A DNA stretch of 64,000 nt from Nisaea sp. (lineage in GTDB: Bacteria; Pseudomonadota; Alphaproteobacteria; Thalassobaculales; Thalassobaculaceae), in NCBI RefSeq assembly GCF_017640745.1, contig NZ_JAEPQA010000005.1, forward strand, positions 25,087 through 89,086, written 5' to 3'. Of this stretch, positions 31,919 through 40,332 are shown piece after piece. The notes beneath the pieces were generated by a model, which saw only the letters and a list, made by a program, of their open reading frames with translations, was not told the origin of the DNA and did not search any database. Position 1 is the first letter of the stretch; each line of letters begins with the position of its first letter. Position numbers and translations under genes: made by a program.

Positions 31919-33931
31919 CTAATTCGGGGAAATCAGAATCTCACGAAGCTTCTGCGCCGACCGATCTAGACAGAACCGCATGTCGAACGGTTCCGCTCGG
32001 GGGGACATCGGATGGCAGGATCCCAGAACGGCATCGTATCCGTCACTCAGATAGAGTAAGCCGCGTCCAAGGCGCAGCGTCGGAGTTCCCACCGCCGCCG
32101 CGAGGGGGCAAACCGCGGTGTCGACCGAAACCACAGCGTCCAGTACCGAGAGCATCGCCGCAAGCCGGTCCAGTTCGTTTTTCTGGTCGATACCCGTCGG
32201 ATCATGGATATCGCAGCCGAGCCGGTTACGGACTTGCTCCAGTTCGCCGTCGCGGAGGCTGTAAACCAGATTCACATAGTAGCCGCGCTGCGGCCCGAGC
32301 CCCTCGACCATCGTGATGGCGTCACAGTAAAGCCGATCGCGCGCAATGGAAGATGCCCCTCCGCGCCAGCACAGTCCGATTAGGGGAAGCGACGTTCGCG
32401 CCCGGAAATATCTTCGCCAGGTCTCGACGTCATCCGCGTCCGGCACGAGATAAGATAGAGGGCCGAGCAAACGCGCGTCTTGGACAAACCTGGCAAGGAG
32501 CGAGCCGGCAAGAATCGCGTTATCGAAACCGAGTTCCGCGACTGCAGTTCCATAGTCGAAATAGGCCTCTCTCCCCTCCCGGCCTTTCAGCTGTCTGTCT
32601 ATGAAGCGGAAATCGGGAAAACTGCGTTGAAACAAGCGACGGTTCCGCGGATCACATTCGACCGTAATCTCGCGCGCGCGACCTTGAAGACATCCGAGCC
32701 GGCTGAAGAAGATATACTCGTCGCCGACCCCCTGCTCGGCGGCGACAAGAAGACGGTCCGGCACCGATTTCCAGTCCCAGGTCGGGGGCAATCCAACGCG
32801 CGCGCTGTCGATGCGCGAGCCTGCACGGGCTTCGTAATAACGCCATCCGGTCTCGGGATCCCCGAAAATGAACGCGCATGCGGCAGCAACGAAATACAGC
32901 TCTGCAATGTCGGGGTAGAGCAGCAGCGCATGCCGACTGGTTTTCGCCGCTTCCGCAAATCGCTCGAGCCGAAAAAGCGGCAGAGCGAGGCAATGATGCG
33001 CCGCATGCCCGTCCGGAACCAACAGAAGCGACCGTTTCGCCGCGGTCACTGCGGATGCGTCCAGTTTTTTCGCTTCGCATGCCGCAGCCAGCGCAGCCCA
33101 CAGGCCGCCGTCTCGCGGCGCGAGACAGACCGCTCTGCGCGCCCAGGACACCAGGTCAACGGATGAATGCTCTCCGGCAGGTTCTCCGCTCAGATGCGGA
33201 TAAAGCACGGCTCTCTCCGGCGCGAGCAGAAGCGCTTTGCGCAGTGCGGCCTGCGAGCGCTGTCCTTGGGCCGCTTGTTTCAGGCATATCGCCAGGTGAA
33301 GGTAAGGCTCAACATTATCTGGCGCTCGCACTGATGCTGCCTCAAGGGGGGCGATCGCCTCTTCGAACCTGCCAGCCGCGAGCAGCGCCGCGCCAAGCCT
33401 CGCGAGCGTGACTGGATAGTTCGGAAGACGCTCTACCGCAGTCCTAGCGGCCAAGACGGCGTCAGCAATGTCACCGCGCATCTCAGCCAATCGTGAACGG
33501 TTCAGCCAGGCTTCGGGGTTTTGCGGATCGGCGTCGGTAGCCTTCCGAAAGGCGTCGAGCGCATCGCTCGGTCTTCCCTGTGCAAGCCTGACCGCCCCGA
33601 GATGGTTCCAGGCGGGTGCCTGTCCGGGATCCAATCCCACAGCACGCTCCAGATTGGCGGCCGCTGCCTCCAGCCGGTTCGTTTGATAGAGTAATGTGCC
33701 GTAGAGATCCCGGGTTGCGGCATGGTCTGGATAGCGCGAGAGGATCTCGCGGTAGCCGCTTTCCGCACGATCGAACTGGTTTTTCCGATGGGCCTCCAGA
33801 GACGCCTGAAGCAGCTCTCGAAAAAAGCCTGCTTCCTCGCTTTCCGGTTCCCGATTGTACGGATTGTCCGTCACACCGCGCGGCTCACACCGGCGCTCAG
33901 GCCTTGTCGAGGATCGATCCGACAGCGCCAC
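31919..33931 (-). CDS. TPR + GT-B bipartite protein, FlmG-like putative flagellin glycosyltransferase, paralog 2
   Basis: 670 aa with long N-terminal TPR arrays. The C-terminal blocks are AEQGVGDEYIF, GLCWRGG, GIDQKNELDRLAAM and LDAVVSVDTA. The GTG start at 33931 overlaps the flaF-2 3' end by 35 nt. An alternative GTG at 33874 would avoid the overlap. Confidence 0.65.
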   Translation of the reverse strand: MALSDRSSTRPERRCEPRGVTDNPYNREPESEEAGFFRELLQASLEAHRKNQFDRAESGYREILSRYPDHAATRDLYGTLLYQTNRLEAAAANLERAVGLDPGQAPAWNHLGAVRLAQGRPSDALDAFRKATDADPQNPEAWLNRSRLAEMRGDIADAVLAARTAVERLPNYPVTLARLGAALLAAGRFEEAIAPLEAASVRAPDNVEPYLHLAICLKQAAQGQRSQAALRKALLLAPERAVLYPHLSGEPAGEHSSVDLVSWARRAVCLAPRDGGLWAALAAACEAKKLDASAVTAAKRSLLLVPDGHAAHHCLALPLFRLERFAEAAKTSRHALLLYPDIAELYFVAAACAFIFGDPETGWRYYEARAGSRIDSARVGLPPTWDWKSVPDRLLVAAEQGVGDEYIFFSRLGCLQGRAREITVECDPRNRRLFQRSFPDFRFIDRQLKGREGREAYFDYGTAVAELGFDNAILAGSLLARFVQDARLLGPLSYLVPDADDVETWRRYFRARTSLPLIGLCWRGGASSIARDRLYCDAITMVEGLGPQRGYYVNLVYSLRDGELEQVRNRLGCDIHDPTGIDQKNELDRLAAMLSVLDAVVSVDTAVCPLAAAVGTPTLRLGRGLLYLSDGYDAVLGSCHPMSPRAEPFDMRFCLDRSAQKLREILISPN

Positions 33932-34337
33932 TCGGTTGCGGAGCGGAGGCCGACGGCCCGGCCTGATCCGGCTTCAGCCCTTTCATGATGTCGCGATTGA
34001 CCGCGACCAGGGAATCGATGTCTCCGTCGCCTTCAAGTGCGAGAGCCGTCTCTTTCGTCACCCAGATCCCGAGGCTGACGATGGCCGCCCGCAGTTCCCG
34101 CGGCAGCTGATTGCCTGCGGTCCCGCAATCCTCAACGAAGACGTCCCAGACCTGTTTGTTCCAGTTAAGGGCGGAAGCGACCTGCGACATCTTCTTGGGA
34201 TCGCCCTTGGCGCCCTTCTGGTTCTCGACCGCCTTGATCAGCTCGGAGGTGACCTGCGCCAGTAGCCGATACTCAGTGTCGCGCGATGTCGCGGTCTGAT
34301 TGATGGTCTTCTTGTAGGCATCGATGCCGGACATCAA
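33897..34337 (-). CDS. flaF: FlaF, copy 2
   Basis: Contains DAYKKTINQTATSRDTEYRLLAQVTSELI..ALNWNKQVWDVFVEDC..NQLPRELRAAIVSLGIWV, paralogous to copy 1. It lies directly downstream of flbT. Confidence 0.82.
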   Translation of the reverse strand: MMSGIDAYKKTINQTATSRDTEYRLLAQVTSELIKAVENQKGAKGDPKKMSQVASALNWNKQVWDVFVEDCGTAGNQLPRELRAAIVSLGIWVTKETALALEGDGDIDSLVAVNRDIMKGLKPDQAGPSASAPQPSGAVGSILDKA

Positions 34338-34751
34338 TTAACTCCCAACCGCCTCAGGCGCGCCGATCTTGAGGATTTCCGCTTCGTAAGTCATCAGCGC
34401 CTTACAGGTTTTCAAGGCCCGGTAAAAGCGCTTTTCGTTCACATCCTGGACAATATTCAAAAGCGTCATGCGGACTTCTTTGAAAGTCGTCGCCTCCAGA
34501 AAGCTTTCAACCAACTCCAGGAAAACGCCGCGGTATTGATCAGATTCATCTTGATCGAGATACATTAACAAAATGGTAAAGTAGATCCGCTTTGCAGGAG
34601 TGTTCGCATCTTCCTCCTGCATGATGTCCTTACCCAAGAGGATCGTGGCCTCGTTCTGAAGCACCAGAGACGCACCCTTCTTGCCGGCAACCATCACGGC
34701 CCCGTTGACGACGAATTTCTCTCCCGGTTTCACATTGATTTTTAACGGCAT
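34338..34751 (-). CDS. flbT: Flagellin translational repressor FlbT
   Basis: MPLKINVKPGEKFVVNGAVMVAGKKGASLVLQNEATILLGKDIM..AKRIYFTILLMYLD is the FlbT family N-terminus. The ATG at 34751 is preferred to 34769. Confidence 0.87.
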   Translation of the reverse strand: MPLKINVKPGEKFVVNGAVMVAGKKGASLVLQNEATILLGKDIMQEEDANTPAKRIYFTILLMYLDQDESDQYRGVFLELVESFLEATTFKEVRMTLLNIVQDVNEKRFYRALKTCKALMTYEAEILKIGAPEAVGS

Positions 34752-34913
34752 TCGATGAAATCCGCACAATCAGCCTCAATGCACATTCATAACATCAAAT
34801 GGGGGAATTCGAAAATGCGGTTCATCACAAACCGCGTCATCTTATTGGGATTTCCTCGAAATCACCCACCGACCGCGTGTCCGGCGCCCAGTCGGCCAAC
34901 CAACAAGATAAAA

Positions 34914-34944
34914 TAAAAAAATCGGGGGAATTTCTTCCCCCGAT
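34914..34944 (-). terminator. Rho-independent terminator after flagellin copy 2
   Basis: The stem ATCGGGGGAA-tttc-TTCCCCCGAT is a perfect 10 bp. On the minus strand it is followed by TTTTTTTATTTT. Confidence 0.8.
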
Positions 34945-34967
34945 TTCCTTGAAGATATGATCCGATT

Positions 34968-35795
34968 TTAACGGAACAGACCCAGGAGGGACTGCGGACG
35001 CTGGTTCGCGATACCGAGAGTCTGGGTCGACAGCTGCTGCTGCACCTGCAGGGAGGTGAGGCGAGCAGACTCGCGAGCCAGATCGGCGTCGACGATGTTG
35101 CCGAGACCTTCTTCGGTGGCATCCCGGATCTGCTCCAGGAACTGCGTCTGCAGGTTGAGCGCACGAACTTCCGCACCGAGAGAGCCGAGCGCGGTGTTCA
35201 CGACGGACTCAAGGTTGGAGAATTCGTTGGCAAGAATGCTTTGCGCGTTGGTTGCGGTCGCAAGCGACGCCGTCGCGATGTTGCCGACCTGAGTGGTAAC
35301 CGCGCTCTGCGCCGTAAGGGACAGAGTGCCGCCAGCCAGGTTCGACAGCGTGTTGACCGAACCGGCCCCCGAGCTGATCAGGTTCACACCGTTGAACGAC
35401 GCGTTGGCGATGAAGTTCGCCGCCTGCGAGACCAACTCGTTAAAGTCGGCCTCAAGGATGTCACGCTGCGCGGTCGTGATGCCTTCGTTGGCCAGCTCGG
35501 TGAGCTTGCCGCGGATGTCGGACAGAAGGTTGGAAACCCCGGTCACACCGGCGATCGCGACGTTACCGATACCCTTGGCGTTATTCAGGCCCTGCGCAAC
35601 TGCGTCGATACCGCTCAACTCGGCCCGGATGCCCTGCGCGATGGCAAAGCTGGAGGCGTTGTCGAGAGCACCGGAAACCTTCAGGCCAGTGGACACACGG
35701 TTCTGCGTCGTATCCAAACCCCGGTTGATGGAGTTCAGGGTACGAAGCGCCGTGAATGCAGAGGGATTGGTAAGGATAGAGTTTTGAATAGCCAT
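34968..35795 (-). CDS. Flagellin, copy 2
   Basis: 275 aa. N-terminus MAIQNSILTNPSAFTALRTLNSINRGLDTTQNRVSTGLKV and C-terminus NIVDADLARESARLTSLQVQQQLSTQTLGIANQRPQSLLGLFR. Confidence 0.94.
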   Translation of the reverse strand: MAIQNSILTNPSAFTALRTLNSINRGLDTTQNRVSTGLKVSGALDNASSFAIAQGIRAELSGIDAVAQGLNNAKGIGNVAIAGVTGVSNLLSDIRGKLTELANEGITTAQRDILEADFNELVSQAANFIANASFNGVNLISSGAGSVNTLSNLAGGTLSLTAQSAVTTQVGNIATASLATATNAQSILANEFSNLESVVNTALGSLGAEVRALNLQTQFLEQIRDATEEGLGNIVDADLARESARLTSLQVQQQLSTQTLGIANQRPQSLLGLFR

Positions 35796-36082
35796 TTTGG
35801 CCTCCTCTTTCTAAGGACCGCGGAAATTTTTCCCGCAAGTTCAGGGGCAAGCCCCCAGAGCAAAACCCGCTTCTTTTGAGCGGATAGGCCATATTAACAC
35901 AGAAAATAGTTGCGAAAAGTTTAATGTGAGTAAGGGATTGCCGCAAAAAATACGAACCTGTGGTTGCCCAAATTTAATCCGCTGAAATCATTGGAATTTC
36001 GCAATGAATCCGCTTCAGGCCGGATTGTGGCAAAACTCGCCCATTTCAGCCTGCCTGATCGAATTCCTCGCGCTCCGAACGC

Positions 36083-36105
36083 AAAAAGGGCGGCCGAAGC
36101 CGCCC
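36083..36105 (-). terminator. Rho-independent terminator after flagellin copy 3
   Basis: The stem GGGCGGC-cgaa-GCCGCCC is followed on the minus strand by TTTTT. Confidence 0.75.
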
Positions 36106-36133
36106 TTTCGCAAGAATGTTTTTATCGTCACCG

Positions 36134-36961
36134 TTAGCCGAACAGACCAAGCAGAGTCTGCGGGCGCTGGTTGGCGATGCTGAGCGTCTGGGTCGACAGC
36201 TGCTGCTGCACCTGCAGAGAGGTGAGGCGAGCAGACTCGCGCGCCAGGTCGGCATCGACGATGTTGCCAAGACCTTCGTCGGTCGCATCCCGGATCTCTT
36301 CCAGGAACGTCGTCTGCAGGTTCAGGGCGCGAACCTCCGCACCAAGCGCGCCGAGAGCAGTGTTCACGACGGACTCGAGGTTAGAGAATTCGTTGGCGAT
36401 CACGCTCTGAGCGTTAGTCGCCGACGTGAGAGCCGCCGTAGCAATGGTATTTACCTGCGTGGTGACCGCACTCTGCGCCGTCAGCGTCAGCAGGCCGCCG
36501 GCCAGGTTCGACAGCGTGTTGACTGAGCCAGCCCCCGAGTTGATCAGGTTCACACCGTTGAACGACGCGTTGGCGATGAAGTTCGCCGCCTGCGAGACCA
36601 GTTCGTTGAAGTCTGCCTCAAGGATGTCACGCTGCGCGGTGGTGATGCCTTCGTTGGCCAGTTCGGTCAGCTTGCCGCGGATGTCGGACAGAAGGTTGGA
36701 AATACCGGTCACACCGGCGATCGCGACCTTGCCGATACCCTTGGCGTTGTTCAGACCCTGGGTAACCGCGTCGATGGCCTTCAGTTCGGCTCGGATACCC
36801 TGCGCAATGGCGAAGTTGGACGCGTCGTCAAGAGCGCCGGCGACCTTCAGGCCCGTGGAGACACGGTTCTGCGTGGTGTCGAGGCTACGGTTGATGCCGT
36901 TCAGGGTGCGAAGGGCAACGAAGGACGACGGGTTGGTCAGAACGGAGTTTTGGATAGCCAT
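36134..36961 (-). CDS. Flagellin, copy 3
   Basis: The internal ATG at 36961 gives MAIQNSVLTNPSSFVALRTLNGINRSLDTTQNRVSTGLKV..., colinear with copy 2. The 28-codon extension of the tracked ORF (MDDGCCEENL..) is not flagellin-like. Confidence 0.94.
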   Translation of the reverse strand: MAIQNSVLTNPSSFVALRTLNGINRSLDTTQNRVSTGLKVAGALDDASNFAIAQGIRAELKAIDAVTQGLNNAKGIGKVAIAGVTGISNLLSDIRGKLTELANEGITTAQRDILEADFNELVSQAANFIANASFNGVNLINSGAGSVNTLSNLAGGLLTLTAQSAVTTQVNTIATAALTSATNAQSVIANEFSNLESVVNTALGALGAEVRALNLQTTFLEEIRDATDEGLGNIVDADLARESARLTSLQVQQQLSTQTLSIANQRPQTLLGLFG

Positions 36962-37352
36962 GGTATAAAGTCCTCTTTCTAAGGGCTCATGATGATTCAG
37001 CGTTTTGCTGAAAGTGAGGTTTTCCTCACAACACCCATCATCCATAACTGCATAAACGTTGTCAATAAAAAAATTAAAATTGTAGATAAATTGTATATAT
37101 CAATAATTTCAATCTATTAGCGTTAATATCACCCAATCCCCAGCCATATCTCCTTCCTGCCAGCCCCCATCCCGCGTGCCTCCCCCTCAATAACCGTGCC
37201 AGAACGGTTCGCCGCACCGATTGTCCGCACCGGGTAAAGGGCCGGGCAAAGATTTCCTCCCCGCATGGCAGATCTTGCCCCCCGCCCCTCATCGCGCTCG
37301 CGAAACCGACGATTTTCCGCCGCTCACCAGGCAATTTCCGCCGAGCTGGGCT

Positions 37353-37367
37353 TGGCCCGGTCTTTGC
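37353..37367 (+). promoter_or_regulatory. Sigma54 promoter upstream of fliK-flgD-flgE (TGGCCCGGTCTTTGC)
   Basis: Reads TGGCCC-GGTCT-TTGC with GG-N10-GC spacing. It lies 36 nt upstream of the fliK ATG. GAGGA lies between the promoter and the ATG. Confidence 0.68.
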
Positions 37368-37402
37368 TTCCTCGAAACCGACACAACGCGTGAGGACAAA
37401 CC

Positions 37403-39544
37403 ATGTCTCCCGTATCGAATGCTCAGGACTATGCGATCGGCGTAACCGGAAAGCGCAGCAGCGCGCTGCCGTTTGACCCGATTGCGTCCCGGAAAGCGGA
37501 CCGTCCCAAGTTCAGGCTCGAAGACTACGAGCGCAAGGATACGTCGGAGGTCCGGCATGCGGACTCGGCGCATCGCGAGCGAGACTCGCGCACCGAAGCG
37601 ACGGACTCCCGCAAGGACCAGCCGCGCGAAACCGATCGCCCGGAGGCAAGGCAAGCGGACGACAACAAAAAGTCTGAAGCGAATTCGGGCAAGACCGCTG
37701 CGTCCGGCGCCTCCCGGAACACGGACGACGCCGTCCAAAGCACTCCGGAACAAAGGACGGCCGCTGCCGAAGCGCGAACTAATACAGAAACGCCCGCGAC
37801 CGTCGAAGCGGGTGCGGCCGTCGATAAGGACAAGCCGGCGCAAGCCGAGCCGAAAGCGGCAGACAAAGGCACGCAGCAAGCCGGCGAAACCGCAGACGCC
37901 GCCGCACAGACCTCCCCCGCCGGCGGCTCGGCAGAGCTTACGGACGTTAAGAAGAGTCCGTCGACCAATGTTAGCTCAGATGCTTCGGACGAAACGGCTG
38001 CAAAAGAGCAATCCACAATCTCTCAGACAACTGAGACCGCAAACGTTCAAACCAAGGCTCAAATTTCGGCCGCGGCTCAAAGCCAGAATGCGACCGTGCC
38101 GGCGACGGCCGTGCAAGATGCCGCGGCGAAGAATGGGGCTGCTGATAAAACCGCGGACAAGGCGGTCGCTGAGCCGTCACGCGCAATTGCCGACCCGAAG
38201 CTCGCGGCTCTTCAGAAGCTGACGCAGCCGAAAGCGGCGCCGACACCGACGCCGGCGGCTGCCAACGGGGCAGAGGACAAGACGGCCTTCACGCTTCCGG
38301 TGCCCTGGCCGCCGCAAAAATCCGGCCTCCAGACGGCAACTACGGCCGTGAACGGTACTGCCAAACCGGCAGCGGACCTCCCGTCCGAGGCTTCCGCTCG
38401 CGCGGCCCAAGCGGTCGCCGCGGCCGCAACAAACGGCAAAACAACCGGACCGCAGACGAACGCTTCAGACATCAAGACTGCAGCGCCCCAGGCGGCGAGC
38501 CAGGGCAAGCAAGCCGCCGCGGCCAATGCGGCCGCTCAGAACGTGCCGAGGATCGAGATCGAGAATCCGGCCGCGGCAAAGCCGCAAGTCTCGTCGGATG
38601 CATCGATGCTGATCGCCAACAACCGGGCGGCTGCCGACAGCGGGCGATCGAAGCAGAGCTTCATCCCGTCGCAGAGCGAGACCATAGCGGCCGTAACGGC
38701 CCTTAACAGCCGGGTCCCGCGGTCCAACGCTCTTGGCGCCGCCCCGCAGAGCAATGCCGTGACCGCGGCAGTGGAGAAAGCCTCTGCTCAGAGCTCCGGC
38801 AATATCGGTCAGGCAGCAGCGGCGATCAACGTTGCAGCCAACACCGCCCAGTCCGCCACGCCGAACACCGGCGCCGCTCCGGCCCCCGTGCCGGGCCAGG
38901 TGCCTGTCGGTTCCGCGGAGACCATGATGGGCGGCCGCTCGCAGGGCGGCACGGGCCAGAGCAGCCTCAGCGAGCCCGGATCGAACGCGGGAGGTACGGC
39001 GCGTACCTCTGACGCCCCATCCACGAGCACCGGCAGCAGTTTCGGCGACAGCCTCAGGACGGCAGGAGCCGAGCGCAGTGCGCCCGCTCCCGAAACCCGG
39101 CAGTCTTTGCCCAGCCCCGCGGCCGAACAGGTCAAGGTGAAACTGGTCAAAGCTGCCGAGGGCGGCCTCGACAAGATCAAGATCCAGCTCAATCCGTCCG
39201 AACTCGGAAAAGTCGAGATTCGCCTAGAATTCGGCTCTGACGGCGGCGTTCGGGGGATCGTGACAGTCGAAAAGCCGGAAACTTTGCATCTTCTGCAGCG
39301 CGATGCCCGTCAATTGGAACAGGCTTTGCAAGACGCAGGATTCAAGACCGATGGTGAGGGCCTCGAGTTCCAGATGCGGGACGGCAACACCAACGAGAGA
39401 CAACAGAATGCCGGAGCCGGAAACGGTTCTGTTTCGAAAGCAGGCGGCGACCTGACGGCTGAAGAAAAGCAGCTCGATACGGCCACTGCAGGGACTGAAC
39501 AAAACGGTGTCAGCGAAGACGGTTCGCTGAACATGGTGGCCTAG
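37403..39544 (+). CDS. fliK: Hook-length control protein FliK (long, 713 aa)
   Basis: A long Ala/Thr/Gln/Pro-rich disordered region is followed by the C-terminal Flg_hook-type domain KIKIQLNPSELGKVEIRLEFGSDGGVRGIVTVEKPETLHLLQRDARQLEQALQDAGF. It lies upstream of flgD-flgE. Confidence 0.82.
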   Translation: MSPVSNAQDYAIGVTGKRSSALPFDPIASRKADRPKFRLEDYERKDTSEVRHADSAHRERDSRTEATDSRKDQPRETDRPEARQADDNKKSEANSGKTAASGASRNTDDAVQSTPEQRTAAAEARTNTETPATVEAGAAVDKDKPAQAEPKAADKGTQQAGETADAAAQTSPAGGSAELTDVKKSPSTNVSSDASDETAAKEQSTISQTTETANVQTKAQISAAAQSQNATVPATAVQDAAAKNGAADKTADKAVAEPSRAIADPKLAALQKLTQPKAAPTPTPAAANGAEDKTAFTLPVPWPPQKSGLQTATTAVNGTAKPAADLPSEASARAAQAVAAAATNGKTTGPQTNASDIKTAAPQAASQGKQAAAANAAAQNVPRIEIENPAAAKPQVSSDASMLIANNRAAADSGRSKQSFIPSQSETIAAVTALNSRVPRSNALGAAPQSNAVTAAVEKASAQSSGNIGQAAAAINVAANTAQSATPNTGAAPAPVPGQVPVGSAETMMGGRSQGGTGQSSLSEPGSNAGGTARTSDAPSTSTGSSFGDSLRTAGAERSAPAPETRQSLPSPAAEQVKVKLVKAAEGGLDKIKIQLNPSELGKVEIRLEFGSDGGVRGIVTVEKPETLHLLQRDARQLEQALQDAGFKTDGEGLEFQMRDGNTNERQQNAGAGNGSVSKAGGDLTAEEKQLDTATAGTEQNGVSEDGSLNMVA

Positions 39545-39556
39545 GAGGCGACGGAC

Positions 39557-40222
39557 ATGGTGAGCGCAGTATCAAGCTCCAGCGATGCGAGCATCTTCGT
39601 TAGCGAACAGACGACCGAAGAGCGCCTCGAAGAGCAACGTAACCAGTTCCTGACCCTGTTTCTGACCCAACTGCAGAACCAGGACCCGACAAGCCCGATG
39701 GATTCGAACGAAATGACCAACCAACTGGTCCAGTTCACCTCCGTCGAACAGCAGATCGAGACCAACAAGTCTCTCGGCAAGCTTGTCAGCGCGCAGGTCG
39801 CGAACTCGAACACGGCGGCGGTCGGCTACATCGACCAGAAGGTCATCTTCAACGGCAACACCACAACGCTGACCGACCAGGGCGCGACCTGGGGCTACAA
39901 GGTTGACCCCAACGCAGATTCCGTCGCGATCAACGTGTTCAACGAAAGCGGTCTGCTGGTCTACACGACCGACGGAGACACAACTCCCGACACGCGCCAC
40001 GAATTCGTGTGGGACGGCAAGAACAATGCCGGCGAACAGATGCCCAACGGAACCTATTCCGTACGGATCGGTGCCCTCGACAAGAACAACGACACGGTTG
40101 AGACCCAGATCGAGTCCGTCGGCCTCGTGACCGGCGTGGTCACCGGCGAGGAAGGTCCGAGCCTTCTGGTCGGCAACGTGGTCGTCGAGATGGACAAAGT
40201 TACGCGAGTTTCCGCCACCTAA
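39557..40222 (+). CDS. flgD: Hook capping/scaffold protein FlgD
   Basis: Contains the motif FLTLFLTQLQNQDPTSPMDSNEMTNQLVQFTSVEQ. The C-terminal FlgD Ig-like part reads EFVWDGKNNAGEQMPNGTYSVRI. Confidence 0.93.
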   Translation: MVSAVSSSSDASIFVSEQTTEERLEEQRNQFLTLFLTQLQNQDPTSPMDSNEMTNQLVQFTSVEQQIETNKSLGKLVSAQVANSNTAAVGYIDQKVIFNGNTTTLTDQGATWGYKVDPNADSVAINVFNESGLLVYTTDGDTTPDTRHEFVWDGKNNAGEQMPNGTYSVRIGALDKNNDTVETQIESVGLVTGVVTGEEGPSLLVGNVVVEMDKVTRVSAT

Positions 40223-40332
40223 GGCGGAAGGACCGGGCGGCCAGAGAGATGCCCCCGGCCACGGTGCCAGACCGGCACCATCGGTAGAAACGGTCGAGGC
40301 CTACGCCCCGGCCATGGATTGGAGGACTAGAC

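Larger units (their letters stand above)
34968..36961 (-). repeat. Tandem duplication of a flagellin gene (copies 2 and 3)
   Basis: The two 275-aa products are identical at roughly nine positions in ten by eye. Long stretches are also identical at DNA level, for example the block encoding RGKLTELANEGITTAQRDILEADFNELVSQAANFIANASFNGVNL. Confidence 0.85.

Noticed and set aside
34884-34898. Sigma54-like TGGCCGACTGGGCGC (minus strand) upstream of flbT
   Set aside because: The spacing is correct and the location is plausible, between the flagellin-2 terminator and flbT. However, the -12 region (GGGCGC) lacks the TTGC character of the other seven. It is too weak to call.
36962-37045. 28-codon extension of flagellin copy 3 (MDDGCCEENLTF...)
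   Set aside because: Copies 2 and 3 become colinear exactly at MAIQNS. A Shine-Dalgarno (AGAGGA) precedes the ATG at 36961.
37050-37135. Strikingly AT-rich tract upstream of flagellin 3, considered as a mobile-element scar or a CtrA/sigma28 promoter
   Set aside because: I found no terminal repeats, no transposase remnant and no TTAA-N7-TTAA or TAAA-N15-GCCGATAA match. It probably contains the flagellin-3 promoter or UP-like region, but I could not define the elements.
40263-40279. Hairpin GGTGCC-agacc-GGCACC in the flgD-flgE spacer, considered as a terminator
   Set aside because: There is no U-tract, and flgE must be expressed with flgD. It is at most an mRNA stability or processing element, and there is not enough evidence to call it.
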